Source: Camelus dromedarius
Taxonomy: Eukaryota
DNA length: 64,000 bases
Direction: 5' to 3'
NCBI RefSeq assembly: GCF_036321535.1
Contig: NC_087437.1
Location: 54,748,001-54,812,000 of the forward strand
The notes below the pieces were generated by a model. The model saw only the letters and a list, made by a program, of their open reading frames with translations, was not told where the DNA came from and ran no database searches. Numbering within the stretch: the first letter of the stretch is position 1; each line of letters begins with the position of its first letter. Positions 51,461 through 64,000 of this stretch are shown here, piece by piece. A program made the position numbers and the translations under genes.

Positions 51461-51919
51461 TGGGAATTAAATCCTTATTTTGAAATTGTCTGTTATTGCT
51501 TTTATGTAAGAAGATTGATTTATAGATTTGGTCTGTGATAACCGTACAACTCTCTGTCCCATAAACCGAACATCATTTTTACAGTACCCCCGAAGAGTGT
51601 CGGCCTAACTGTTCCTGAGCCTTTGTCCAGTCCTTTTGTTTATTTTCATGGCTTCTAATGCACAGACTCCAAAGCCAAAGCTAGAGTGGTAGCGTTTCAT
51701 TTGACATTGCATGAATCATCAACATCTATTTCTGTGGATTACAGGGTAATCCCTCTGATAACTGAATAAGGCTCACTTTAGAAACAAAAATCATGACTCA
51801 TAGATTGTGAACTTGTCACAATGTAATACGCTAACCTTGGACTATTGACCTGATTTATTCTTAGAATGTCTCGCCTGCACAGAGACTGAGCGTGGACATC
51901 TGTGGTCAAGTTGCTCTTC

Positions 51920-52075
51920 TTCCAGCTGCCCTGGAGGGCTTGTTAAGCACAGAGCGCTGGCCTCCACTCCCTGAGTTTCCGTTGCAGTAGGTCTGCAGTG
52001 GGGATCAAAGATTTGTATTTCTAAGGAGTTCCCAGGTGGTGCTGATGTTGGGACCACACTTTTGAGAAATCTTCA
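51920..52075 (-). mobile_element. MER5A relic
   Basis: cctggagggcttgttaagcacaga...cagtaggtctg...atttgtatttcta...ttcccaggtg...ggaccacacttttgagaa. Confidence 0.85.
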
Positions 52076-52299
52076 AAGCTGCTTGTCAGTCAAATGTTTT
52101 GTAAGCAACATCCTCTTCCTCATTTGTCTCATCTCTACAGCTGTATCCTCAAGGCTTCTTCTAGCATCAACAGTGGACACTAGTCTAATATCTTCATTTT
52201 CTAGAATGAGAGTCCCTAACTCAGACAAGTGTTTTCCCCTGGTTGATTGATAGAATCTGGAAGATTTTATTTTTAATTGAGTAAAAATTCTGCCATTCT

Positions 52300-52510
52300 T
52301 AGACTAAACATTTAGGTTTAGAAGACTAGCATTCTAATTCCAGCTCTGCTGTGTTAGGAAGTATGAATTTCAGGTGCTTTATCTCTGAACCTCATTTTCC
52401 TCATCCATGATATGAATACCCCTTCTACTTACCATATATGGTTTTGTGAGGGGTAAAAGGCATACCGTGCATTAAAGGGCTTTGTAAGATATGAAGTGCT
52501 ATACGAATGT
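52300..52510 (+). mobile_element. MIR SINE
   Basis: ttctaattccagctctgct...ctctgaacctcattttcctcatcc...ggttttgtgagg. Confidence 0.75.
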
Positions 52511-53528
52511 TTTTCAAACTTATGCCAGTTGTCACATGCAATAGTATCATATTAAACATAATACATTTTGTTATAGGCACATCATTCTCCCACTCATCTA
52601 AGGTAAATATTAACCTTTCTGACTGTTTTAGGAAGGAGGTAGTACATTATAAACTTGTCACTTTTTTGCGTAGAATTTTTTTTTAATTTCCTTCCTACAT
52701 TGATTCCCTCCTAATATACTTTTGAAAATAAGCAATTATAATTTGTCATTTTTAGCTATTGATGCATCTGAATACTTACCATGCATGGGATGTGGTCACA
52801 CACATATGCACATACTATGAATTTTTCTCCTAGTATCCTTTTGTGTAAGATACCCTACAAGTCTCATTGATTAAGAATGAAATAAGTGAATTGCTATTTT
52901 GCTTGAAATGAATTTTTTTTTTTGCATTTGCATTGGAAACAACTGAGTTGAGCCAACAGAAATGGATTCTGCTCCCAGTTCTGCAATTAACAGGTTGTGT
53001 GAAGTCAGTCGGCTCCTCTCTCTAAGCCTCAGGTCCCCACTTGTAAATGAAGCCAGATCTTACTCATTCCTTCCACTCACACTGTCTACAGTATTAGAAT
53101 TAAAAGGCAGCTTTAACATTTTGTCCCTCACCTTCTTGATCAACTATGAACAAAGTATCCACAGTGACCTGAGTTTATTCTAATAAGATATTTTCCTTTT
53201 TATGCCTCAAGCCTAACTGCTATTTTCATTTCATCCAGTGCAGTAAAACTCCTCCATACCTTTCCTTCAGGATATGGCTGGCTTTCTTAGGGCTGTGTTT
53301 CTGTTGGTATGATTGAAAATGTAACAAGACTGTGTCTTGTTTTTGATCCCCTGAGATGGAGATGTTGGATGATGGGTGTGGGGACAAGCTTTCATGTTTT
53401 TAGTGAGTTTTTCCCTTCAGTGATATTCAGAAGATCTCTCTTATGCATAGTAAAAAGTATTAGTTCTCTATTCCTGTGCCCAAAGTGCTTAAGAACCTAG
53501 ATGCCTAAAACATGCACACATTTATGTG

Positions 53529-53549
53529 CACACACACACACACACACAC
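53529..53549. repeat. (CA)n microsatellite
   Basis: About 10 CA units. Confidence 0.9.
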
Positions 53550-54302
53550 TCATTATTTTTTGTGGGCCAGGAATCTGGACACAGCTGTTGGACCATTAGT
53601 TCACAAGTCTGCAATGAAGGTATTGGCCCAGAGTCTACAGTCTCATCTGAAGGCTTGACTGGGGAGTGATTTGCTTCCAGGCTCGGGTGGTTGTTGTCAG
53701 GCTCCAATTTCTCCTGAGCTGTTGCACTGAGGGTCTTTGCAGTTCATATAAATACAGATGATTCTGTTTCTATTATCTGCATCAGTCATCTATTGGTACA
53801 TGATAAACTACCCCCAGATGTATTTTTCTCACAGAGCTATGATTTTGGTGGTGCTCCACAAGGATCGCTTCTCTCTGTTCTGTGAAATCCGCCCAGGTGG
53901 CTTGACTTGGGGGTGGAGGATTCACTTTCAAGATACATGATTGTTGGTAGGCAAGTTGGTGCTGGGAGCGTGGCTAGAGCTGTTCATCGAAGATCATTGT
54001 TTGTCCCCATGTGGATCCACAGACTACTAGGGCTTCCTTAGAACATGGTGACTGAATTCCAAGAGCAAACACCTCCAGAGAACATGATGGAAATGCATGC
54101 ATTTTTTTATGACCTTGTTTTAGAAGTCAGATATAGTGTCATTTCCACTGAACATTGTGGGCTGTGCTAGTTGCAAAGCCTTGCCCCGGTTCAAGGACAA
54201 GGGATATAGATTCCACCTTTTAAGGCAGTTGTGGCAAGGTTCTAGAAGAGCGTATGTGCAAGAGATAATGATCGTGGCCATCTTTGGAAAATATAATCTG
54301 TC
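53550..54302 (-). mobile_element. Two adjacent MLT1-type (MaLR) LTR relics, about 53550-53740 and 53778-54302
   Basis: tgtgggccaggaatctgg...tcatctgaaggcttgactgggg...tgcttcca; and ttcactttcaagat...gggcttcctta..acatggtgact...ggccatctttggaaaatataatctg. Confidence 0.75.
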
Positions 54303-54404
54303 GATGTGTTGTGTTGTAATTGTAGTGTACTGTATTGTTTTGTATTGTATCATGTTGTAGTTTATCCTATCATATTAAGATGGCTTATATTATATTATGT
54401 TGGC

Positions 54405-54650
54405 TTCCAACGTTGAGTACTTACTAAGTGCCAGACGTGTGATAAGTTCTGTAATTCTCATAGAGTTCACTTAATTTATACAACAAACTTGAAAGGTGGT
54501 GATTATTCTCATTTTCCAAGGTGAGAAAACCGAGACACAAAGATGTAAAGTAAGTTGACTAAGGTCAAAGCAGCCCATAAGTGACTGAATTCAGATTCTA
54601 ATCCAGGTGATCTGGTTCTGAAACCTATACTTTTACTCACTGTGCCAGAT
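54405..54650 (-). mobile_element. MIR SINE
   Basis: ttgagtacttactaagtgccag...attattctcattttccaaggtgagaaaaccgagacacaaagatgtaaagtaagttgactaaggtca. Confidence 0.85.
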
Positions 54651-55762
54651 CACTTCTTTGTTTTTATCTATATCTCAAATCCATGTCCATACCATGCTCT
54701 TAGCCACACCTTTCCCCTCCCCATCTTCATCAGTCTGCCTTAAAAAGAGTGAGTAGTTGGAGAAGTGGACTTAATAGGTAGGAATCACATGCAGGAGCAG
54801 TATTGCCTTTGACAGTGGTGGGTCCAAGCCTATCCCTAGGTGCTCCAGGAGCCAACTCTAGGAGACTTAAGAAAAGAAGCAACATGCCACTGCTTCCATC
54901 TAAAGTTTGCAGTGGTCATGATGATTTGCCTTTAATTTAAAAAGACATTTGGGAGCTTTGATCATTAAGAGAAGAATGGAGAAATTATAGCTTGTGGGCT
55001 TTGGGGTGTGGGACCGATGGTGGTGGCTGTTGAAGAGTCACTTTCTGCCAAGGAAGTCATTCTCCACTGAAAAAAGTCATGTCTGATCCTGGCCTTTATT
55101 AACTGGTCAACTGTAGGCATTCGGTGAGGCATGATGCTCCAGGAGCAGAGATCTCCAGCATAAGCAATTTCAGGAAACCCCGAGCAATTTAGCTTTTCAT
55201 TTGGAGTAGAGTACAAGCAGGAAGAAATAGTTAAAGTTCAAACTGGAAAGATGTAATACCATCCTGAAGATCCTTGCAAGTCTGGTGGAAAAAGCTTGTG
55301 CAGACAGTTTGAATATTCACTGATTAACTGAGAGAAAACTGCACTGTATCCATGGAGCCTTCCCAACCCTGAGCTTCAGTTTCCTCATCTGCCAAACGAA
55401 AGTCTTTACTCTGTGATCTCCAAGTTGTGACCCTGATCTCTGATGTTTCATAATTCCTTGAATTATTAAACCTTAACTTCCCACTGAGAGTTATTTATTC
55501 AGTGTGTATCTGTACTAGAACTGCAGTGATTTCTACAGTACGTCTACTGCACCCTGTGTGAGGTGCCAGGGAGCTGGCACTGAATAAACTCAAGTTATGA
55601 GAAGTCCAGTGGGAACTGGGGTTGGGAGGATAGTCATGTATTGCTGCTTTAAATATTATCTGGAAAACTCTATGAGAAGTAAGTAGAGGATGCTGTGAGG
55701 ACCATTACCTACTCATGAAGCACCATGAGCAAAGGCCAGAAAGTAGATGTGAGCTTGGTGTA

Positions 55763-56272
55763 CGTATTAGTTTTCTGTTATTGCTATAACAGAATATCAC
55801 CAACTTGGTGACTTAGAACAACCAGTTTATTTATTACCTTTTGAGTCTGTAGTCCAGTACAGGTCTCCACCGCTAAAATGAAAGTGTGGGTGGAGCTGCA
55901 TTCTTTTCCGGAGGCTCTAGGAGAGAGTCACTTCCCTTGCATTCTCTAGCTTCTAGAGAACACTGTATTTCTCGACTTGTGGCCTATTTTTCTCAAAAGG
56001 AAATTCCTATTCCTTTCAAGGCCAGCAACACTGCATCTCTTTGAGCATTCTTCTAGAGTCATGCTGATTACAGCTCAGAAAGGTTCTCTGCTTTTAAGGT
56101 CATGTGATTAAATTAGGGCCACCTAGATAATTCAGGATAATCTCTCGATTTCATGATCTTTTGTCTTAATCACATCTGCAAGGTCTCTTTTGCCAAATAA
56201 AGTAATGCGTTCACAGGTTCCAGGAATTAGAGTATGGACATCTACAGGGGAACCATTATTCTGTCTACCACA
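55763..56272 (-). mobile_element. MLT1 (C/D-like) MaLR solo LTR
   Basis: gtattagttttctgttattgctataacagaatatcac...ggaggctctaggagagag...ttaatcacatctgcaaggtctcttttgcca...attattctgtctaccaca. Confidence 0.88.
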
Positions 56273-58177
56273 GTCTGTTTATGGAATGTAAATAATTTCA
56301 CATTGTTAATAATGCATAGAGACTGAGGATGTGAGTGAGAAGAGATAAAGTAGTCAGATCATAAAGTGTGTTCTGTGCTTTATGTAAAGAGTTCTAAAGT
56401 TATCCTGGTGGCAACAGGGAGCTCTTCAATTCTTTTTAGCATGAGAATGTTTAATTTATAACGAAGTTGAATTATTGCAGTAAGTAGCTTGGTGGTACCC
56501 AACAATTCTTTGCATTAATTTCTATGGGAAAACTAACTCTATTTTTTGACTTAGTATACTAGGACACCTTTCAGTGTCACGTACATATTATTGTGTTCCC
56601 CGTTCCTTTTCTTTTCTACCCTCTCCCTCTACTTAGTTCTTCTGGAGCCTGAAGGAAAGCCATTCATGGTCCATGATTTGTTGGGTGAAAAGTTCAGCAT
56701 GGCTTTCATTGGTCAAAGATATCTCAGATTTTGGAAACTGGAACTTGGTAGCAGTGAGGAGTGCCTAGGAGGACAAAGAGATGCTCACTCTTTGGAATAG
56801 CAGTACCTTGAACTCCTGTGTCTTGGAACTGACAGCTTGAGTGAGGAGGTGGATGGCCTCTTCATACATTCAACCCAGGAGCAGCACCCAGCCTTCTCTG
56901 GGTCCCCAAGGAACAGATCTAGGATGTCTAATGAAAGAATTAGCGTTGCTTCCCTATACCTTTAATGTAAAAGTGGGCAGTTAACTTGTGTGCTTGTGCA
57001 AGAATGATTCGTAATGCCAAGGAGGAGCTGGTGACTAGAAAGAGCCTCATAAATTGCAAGATTCTCCTGATGGAACAGGGAAATTGAGATTTATTGTTCA
57101 GTCAGTTCCAATTACCCTACTGTGTTGTAGAGGAGAGCAGCTAAACAGGATGTTGGCTGGTAACACCACCAAGGTGGAATCAACCTCAGAGGAGATGGTG
57201 TCAAAGCCGTGTTCAAAGCCTGAGCTTCTGCTGAGTGAGTCACTTGTGAGAAGATGTCCTAACACAGATAGAATCAAGGTGCCCACATTATATCTGATCA
57301 CAGCAGTGTTCATGCAGAAGAGCAAACTGACTTTGATCTTCACGGGATTACAGGCTGGGGAATAAAGAGGGGGGTGCATTTTTAAAGGTCATCTCTACTA
57401 CTTATGAGAAAACACATTTTGTGCGTATGTGAGACTGCATATCAAGAATGGGAAATGAGCATATTTGAAGGAAAACTGCAAGTAGTTTTCCATGTGTGAA
57501 TTTCGTGCGCATGTGTGTTTCGCATGTGTGTGTGCATGCGCGTGTGTGTGTGTTTCTGGAAGAGTTTTGCATCCTGAATATGTGTTCCTTCTGTGTTGTA
57601 GTTGATAAGATCTAACATCCACTGTGGTACAGGGAGAGCAACAGGCTCCTGCCTCCCACTTCAGCTGTTAATTATATAACGTATTTTTTCAGAAAAGGCG
57701 TGCGCTTTCAAATGTGACTTCTTTCCTGATCTGCAAGTAGATTTGACGACAGTGAAATGATCTTCTGTACACAAACTCAGAAAGGGTATGTTTTGAACAA
57801 GTGGGAGTTGAATTTCATACCAAACCATAGCACGTGAGAGATTTGAGGTGCATTGTTCTTTATTGGTGAACTAGGAGAGCCCGCGGGGTGAGGCTGCTTG
57901 TCTGAGGTCATGCAGTAGGTCAGTGGCACTGCCAAGGCTGCAACCATCATCACCTAACTCCCAGTTACTTTCTTTCCAGTCCAGCACAGCTGCCTCCCAA
58001 GTTTAATAGTCTATGACTCACAGTCCAAATCTATGGTGACATATAATATGTTACTTTGATTCTAAATCAACAAGCCACTTTTAGAAGTGCTTACACTGCT
58101 GCATTTCTTTTTATGCTATTGGATTCTTCAAGTTGGGTCTTATTTCTAGAACTCCAATAAGAGAAACAAAAGAAGCC

Positions 58178-59404
58178 ATTTATTCATTATCATGACAAGT
58201 ATTTATTGAACACTTGTTGGGTGGCGAGTCTCTTCCAGAGGGTGAGGGTGCAGCTACGAATAAAGCAAAGTTTATTCAGAGAGTTCATTTTCCTCAGGGA
58301 AGAGGCAAAATCAGCAGATAAACAAGTAAATGCTGAAGTCTGATGGAGTTAAGTGCTGTTAAGAAAACTAAAGCAAGATTAAGAGGAGAAAGGGTGCTTT
58401 GGTTGGAGTGGAATGATTGTTGCTGTTTTACATAAGGCAGTCAGAGTAGGCCTTGTGAATAGATGGATATTTGAGCAGAAATCTCAAGCAGGTGAGGGAG
58501 TGAGCCATGCAGGCATCTGGGACAGAGGGACGTGTGCTCCTGGCAGAGGAAGGTGCAAGTGTGAGAGCAGTGGGAGAGAAGCCTGGTGGCAACTGGCTTG
58601 ATTAACTAAGAGAGTGAAGGAGGCAAGGGAAGCTGGAGCTGAGTGGTCTTAGGGGGAGTAAGGAAACACTAGGGCAGGGAGGTAATGGGGACCATTACAC
58701 AGGGCCATGTAGGCTGTCATAAGGTCTTTGACCCTTACTCTGAGTGAGGTGGGGAACATTTGGAGTCATGTGACTTACATTAAAGATCACTCTGGCAACT
58801 TTATGGAAATTAGAATGTAGGGTAGAAATAATCGCAGATTGGTTGGTATGGGGCAGGTGCTAAGAAGAGATGGGGTTCTGGATATATTTTGTTGGTAACA
58901 CCAGCAAGTTTTGTGGACAGATTAGATGTAGAATGTGAGAGCAAAAGAAGAATCAAGAATGACTGCTAGTATTCCATTTTATATGTACAACTTCTTTATC
59001 CAGCCATCTGTCGGTGGACATTTAGGTTGCTTCCATGTCTTGGCTATTGTGAACAGTGCTGCTGTGAACATTGGAGTGCTTGCACCTTTTCAAATTAGAG
59101 GTTTTTTTCTGGATATATGCCCAGGAGTGGAATTGCTGGATCATAGGCTAACTCTAATTTTATTTTTTTTTAAGGAATCTCCATACTGTTTCCCATAGTC
59201 GGTTGCACCAATTTATATTCCCACCAACAGTGTAGGAGGATTCCCTTTTCTCCACACACTCTTCAGTATTTATCATTTGTGAACTCTTTAATGATGGCCA
59301 TTACTATGTATAAATAGATAAACAACAAGGTTCTACTGGATAGCACACGGAACTATATTCAATAGCTTATAATAACCTATTATGAAAAAGAATCTATATA
59401 TATT

Positions 59405-59441
<37 letters not shown>

Positions 59442-60090
59442 TGAATTACTATGCTGTACACCAGAAACTAACACAATGTTGTAAATCAACTATACTTCAA
59501 AAAAAAAAAAAAAAAAAAGACTGCTGGGTTTTTTCAGCCTGAGCAATTAAGATGAAAGAAGGATGGACATGCCATTAGAAAGATGTCAGGAGGACAGCAA
59601 GATAATTAGTTCTGTTTGCTTGTTTGTTTTGAGTAGAAGGGTGATTGGGAATTTGCTTTCAGATATGTTAAATTTGAGCTAACTGTTAGCCTTCCATGTA
59701 GCGGTTGAGCAGACAGTTACATATTTGAATCTGGAGTTCAAGAGCAAAGTATTGACTTGGTATAGACTAGATATAGGAGTCAGTAGGTGTAAATTTAGAA
59801 CCTTGCTCCTGAGTGACATTATCTAAGATGATGGATTAAGCCCTGGGGCCAAGACTTTGCTGTCTCTTGGAGGAACCATTAAAGATGTCGTGAACAGGGA
59901 CATTGAGGTAGGAGGAGGATCAAGAGACAGAGCTGTCCAGAAGTATAATGACAAGAAGTACTTCAGGAGTGAGTGAGTGAGCAAGTTATCTGCACTGTCG
60001 AATCAAATGCCAGGAGGATTAAAATTTGGACTACTGGGTTTAGACCTTTGGTGGGGGTTGCCTTGACACAAACAGCCTTCACCATCCTTT
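58178..60090 (-). mobile_element. Long L2 remnant interrupted by an L1
   Basis: tttattcatt..acaagtatttattgaacac, gagggagtgagccatgc, taaagatcactctggc, ggatatattttg, atgttaaatttgag, tgaatctggagttcaagag: collinear antisense L2 motifs. Confidence 0.85.
58968..59518 (+). mobile_element. 5'-inverted LINE-1 insertion with poly(A) tail
   Basis: 58968-59302 is the antisense ORF2 end; 59303-59518 is sense 3' UTR with internal (TA)n and A20; flanked by gactgct at 58961-58967 and 59519-59525. Confidence 0.92.
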
Positions 60091-60149
60091 GGAGCTGTTG
60101 GCTCACACTTGTTTTACTTTCCCTTTGTCCAGTGGAGCCCACGCTAAAT

Positions 60150-60385
60150 AATATGGTTAAGTGTGAGGGCTCTGGAATGACACTGTCTGGAATCCAGTCC
60201 TAGTTCCTTGTTACTAGTTGGTTAAGCTTGGGCAACTTATTTGCCCTTCCTCTGTGCTTCTTTTTAAAGGAAATAAATGATATTATCCAGCTCATAGGGT
60301 TATTGGGAGGACTGAATGAGAGAAACACTTAGCGCAGTACCTGTCACCTCGTAAATGACCCATAAATGGTAGCTCTAATGATTAG
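60150..60385 (+). mobile_element. MIR SINE
   Basis: atggttaagtgtgagggctctgga...cttgggcaacttattt...ctcatagggttattgggaggactgaatgag. Confidence 0.8.
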
Positions 60386-63300
60386 GAATAAAACAATCAG
60401 TGAAATTAACAAAAGTAAACCTGCCATATATTTTCCTCTTATCCTGAAAATCACAAATCATCTCTCTAGAGTTGAGCCTGAATTGGTTGTCCTACTTTAT
60501 GTCCTCTGGTTTTTCTTTTAATTGTTTTTGGGGGGTGCATTTGTCTCATCATTACACGAATTGACCATGTTGTAATTTTATGTACTTTCATGTAGTTCTT
60601 CCCTCTAGACTGTAAGCTCCCTGAGAAGCTCTATCCTGCTCATATCTCAAAACCTTCGGCACTTCAGGCTCCAAATGAAGGTTCCTGAGTGTCCTGGAGC
60701 TTGATCAGGGTGTCACCTGCAGGGTCGTTCTAGTGATGCTAGGATTGAAACCTCATTGCTGGAATTTCTTAGAGATGAATTTTAATTTCTTAAAATAATT
60801 TCATAGTGTCTTTTGAATTGTATTCCCTTCCTCTCCAGGAAATGTATAAGTGAAAACGCACAAGTAAACCCGTTTAATTTTCTCACCCCTGTCAAAAGGG
60901 ACCCTGAGCTGTTGTTCAGCACAGTTGACCTGTGAGGTGGGAGGCTGCCCTGTGGTGAGTCCCTCTGTGCAAACAGCACTCTCTCTTCTGAGCGCCTAGA
61001 ACTTAAAGTAGCCCTCGCTGTGGATTCTCCCCCTTCTAGTTCCAGAAGCTCAAATAACAGTGTCTTCGACAGACAGTTTCGGAAGTGTCTTCATGAATTA
61101 GAAAAAATAATGATAGGTTTGACATTGGTTTCCTTTCTCTTATTTGAAATATAAAGGTAGCTCTTTACAAATTCGAAATGCAACAAGACTGTGTTTACTG
61201 CATTCTTACAGCGGTGTTTAAATCTTAATCACCCTGGGCTGAGGGAGTGCACTGAGCAACAACTCCAGCAGTGAGTGGTGCATTTTAAGAGCTGTGTCTG
61301 TGGACAGAATGGGATGCCATGAACCAACACCTGCCCAAATTCCCGCACCTTCACTTCCCAGTTGGAAAAATGGCACCAGGTGTTTCTTGCCTTTTTTTAA
61401 GTAGCTTTAGGCTGGGTGGTAAAGTAGTGCCTTCAGCTCCTCAGAGCACTCCCTGGTGAAGAGGCCGTGTCCGCACTTCCCACCGGCCTGTCCTTCCTCA
61501 GAACCCTGTGTGCCCCGCTGCGCAAGCACAGCTCACTGGCCCCATTTTCCTGAGGATGAGTAAGAGTCAAGAAGAACCTGGAGGGAGTCAGAGGTTGTAA
61601 AAGTCACATTTTATTGTTGTTAATGCCGTAACTTATTCAATATATTATCGAGTCCCTGGAATGTGCTTGTGAGCGCTCCAGTGTCCTCTTTTCTGTGCTT
61701 GTAATTATACAGTAAGCAGAACCTTAAAGGACATGAGAGTAGAGGGGGTCCAGTTTCAAACTTTCATGTTGTAAATCGTCAAACAGGTGCCAAGAAGTGA
61801 ACTGCCTTGTGCCATCAACTGATAGCCAGTGGAGATGATCAGTGTTCTGGAGCAGAAAGCATGCAAGTGTGTGTGTACACTTGCTTGTTCATTACCACAT
61901 AGACATTCCAACAAAATGTTATCTCCAGTCCTGGCCAGGGAGTTTCTGTCTGTCTCCTCAGTTCTTTTGTCCTTCTGCGGAAATACAAGCCCTTCCCTTA
62001 AACTGACTCTTTCATTCTGGGTGAACTATTATATACGAAAAACAGCAGATGAAAACCTGTCCCTTCACACCTGGCCCTCCCACCTCACCGAGCTGGACTT
62101 CGTTGAGCTCGTAGTCTCTCTGACAGCGCACCTGTCCAGTGGGCTTTCTGATTTTCTCGCTCCCGGACTTTTCTCTGTCAGCGTTTTCTGTCTATCATGT
62201 CTCTTTATCACTGTCTCCCTGCCACTCTCGTCCTTCACCCTTTCCTGGACTTTGTCTCCCACGCCATTGGACTTGACTTCTCTGGCACTTGTCACGTTCT
62301 GAGCTTTGTGACACTTGTGGTCAGCCGTGTACTTTCTGCTTCCCTGACTAGACTGGAGACGTGTTAAGGGTGGGGATGTGTTTCTAGGTTTTCCATCGTA
62401 TGTAACACCCCAGTACTTGGTATGGGTTAGGCTCTCCGTGGATGTCTGCTGAACACATGAAGACAAAGGGGAGGACAAATTAAACGTGCAACTCTTTTTA
62501 AAACAACTCAGTGAAGGAGCGTTACCTGGACTTCCAGGCCATAGTCCCTATGACATTTTCACCTCCCCTTTGCTGTGCTAAATGCAAACAAAATAAAAGC
62601 ACTGGTTCTCCAAAGGTTAGAAATGAATGCGATCATTTAGAGGATAATGGGCCACACTGACTACGTTTGACTAACTTTCTGTCTTCCGAGGGAGGTGTGC
62701 ATAGGACTCTGCTCGTCTCAGTGTAGCAGCACCTTTGTTCTACTCTGAATTCATGGGGGAAAGAAGAGTTATTGATACAACAAAGCACTTGACTTTTTGT
62801 CTCTGATGAGAGACAAGAGGGTCTCACAGAGATTAGGAAACAAAATACATGTTCTGCTGTGTTCTCTGCCTCGGCCCCATGTGCCTTTCAACATGTCCCT
62901 GTCCCTTCTGGGCCTTAGTCTCCCCAGATGTAACGTGAGGGAGCTCAAGTAGTTAATTTCCACTGCTTCCTCCAGCCTGGAATTCTCGGATGGGATTGAG
63001 GAGTAATCCCTTCTGGTGACACACGGCCCAGCCTTCAGTTCTTAATTGGCCCTCCATCATGATCACAAGTACCTGATTATTCACGCATTTTTGAATATAT
63101 GAACTGCATAAAGCTGTTCAGTGATGGTGAAAATTGAGTCCTAAATATTCTTATCAGATGTGTATGTAATGTAACCTCTTTAGGATCTCAGCAGAGTGTA
63201 AAACGGTAAGTGAAATACGCACCAAGCGAGAAAGACTCGGAGCATTACGATGAGGGAGCCATACGGTTTGACTTTTATGAGGTCCAGGGATACGGGGCCT

Positions 63301-64000
63301 GGAGCTGGAGCCTGTCGTACTGTCTCCGGTTAGGAAACCCAGTGAGGAGGCGCTGTTTTCATTCTTGTATTTCTGTGCTCGCAGAATCCATGATTTCCCT
63401 CAAAACTGGAAAACAAAGTTTCCTGCTAGCCCCTTTGTCCAGGTCATTCTGGCTCCTTACTCATGCCGGTTGTATCTGTAGGTGTGCATACTTTATTATT
63501 CTTTTACTGCAGCAGTGCCACGAAGAGAAATATTTTTACTTTGAAAAAGGTACCCAGAATCCCCCAGTTTCTCAACAGAGAAAATAACACTTACCTCGCA
63601 TAAACTCACTTCAGAAAACATGAATGTAACACTGTTCCCCAAACCACCTTCTCCTCTGCATGCCGGCTGTCCACACAGCAGCTCTCCTGACCTCCTGCTT
63701 CTGGCCCCTCAGACCCTTCCGCCAGCTGGGCTGGGACAGGGATGGGGCTGCTCACGTGGCAAAGCACCAAGAGCTCCTGGTCTCGCTCTGGCATCTGGGA
63801 CTTGGATTCTTGTTCTACCACCGAGCAGCTCTGTGAGTGCTGGAAGGATATTCAACTTCTCTAGATCCTGATTTCCTCATTGGTAAGAGAGGAATGATTG
63901 CATTTACTTTTTGATGTGTCTGGACTATAAGAAAGAATGCATAGAGAGCATGCATCCTGCGATGCCTAGGATGTGCAGGTGTGCGTCCCCTCCTTCAGAT

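Noticed and set aside
54306..54400. Periodic 5-nt pattern as a structured array
   Set aside because: Decayed (TTGTA/TATTA)n microsatellite.
61829..62478. Overlapping 157-aa (+) and 137-aa (-) ORFs
   Set aside because: Pyrimidine-rich, L2-like decayed sequence; no recognisable protein similarity; not the next LPP exon.
63184..63205. 22-nt micro-exon (ctctttAG ... ACG|GTAAGT)
   Set aside because: Short pyrimidine tract, no well-placed branch point and an in-frame TAA; no support beyond a strong donor.
1..64000. CRISPR array, operon, rRNA or intact transposase/reverse transcriptase
   Set aside because: No regularly spaced repeat-spacer units and no long ORFs; the window is mammalian intron with only decayed elements.

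Overview
Mammalian, repeat-rich genomic DNA from inside the LPP gene (LIM domain containing preferred translocation partner in lipoma, zyxin family), transcribed on the + strand. Two internal coding exons are recognisable. 8968-9080 (113 nt) encodes two Ena/VASP-binding poly-proline motifs, and 37886-38008 (123 nt) encodes the leucine-rich nuclear export signal; a 28,805-nt GT-AG intron joins them in frame. Everything else is intron, filled with L1, L2, MIR, MER5, Tigger5-like, MLT1 and LTR16-like relics and simple repeats. A tRNA-Ala-like SINE points to a camelid genome (inference). The other ORF-track entries are L1 remnants or spurious. I see no prokaryote-type system (CRISPR, operon, etc.) and no convincing new gene. 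The best second-look candidates are: a textbook branch point/pyrimidine tract/CAG|GTAAG site (recursive splice site or 40-nt poison exon) at about 20.6 kb; the frame-symmetric NES exon with a weak acceptor; a 230-nt pure pyrimidine tract with higher-order structure; an orphan CpG-rich patch at 28.2-28.6 kb; two 5'-inverted (twin-primed) L1 insertions with visible target-site duplications; and an L2 relic nearly identical to miR-28-5p, whose host gene is LPP. Repeat subfamily names are from recalled consensus sequences and most repeat boundaries are approximate.
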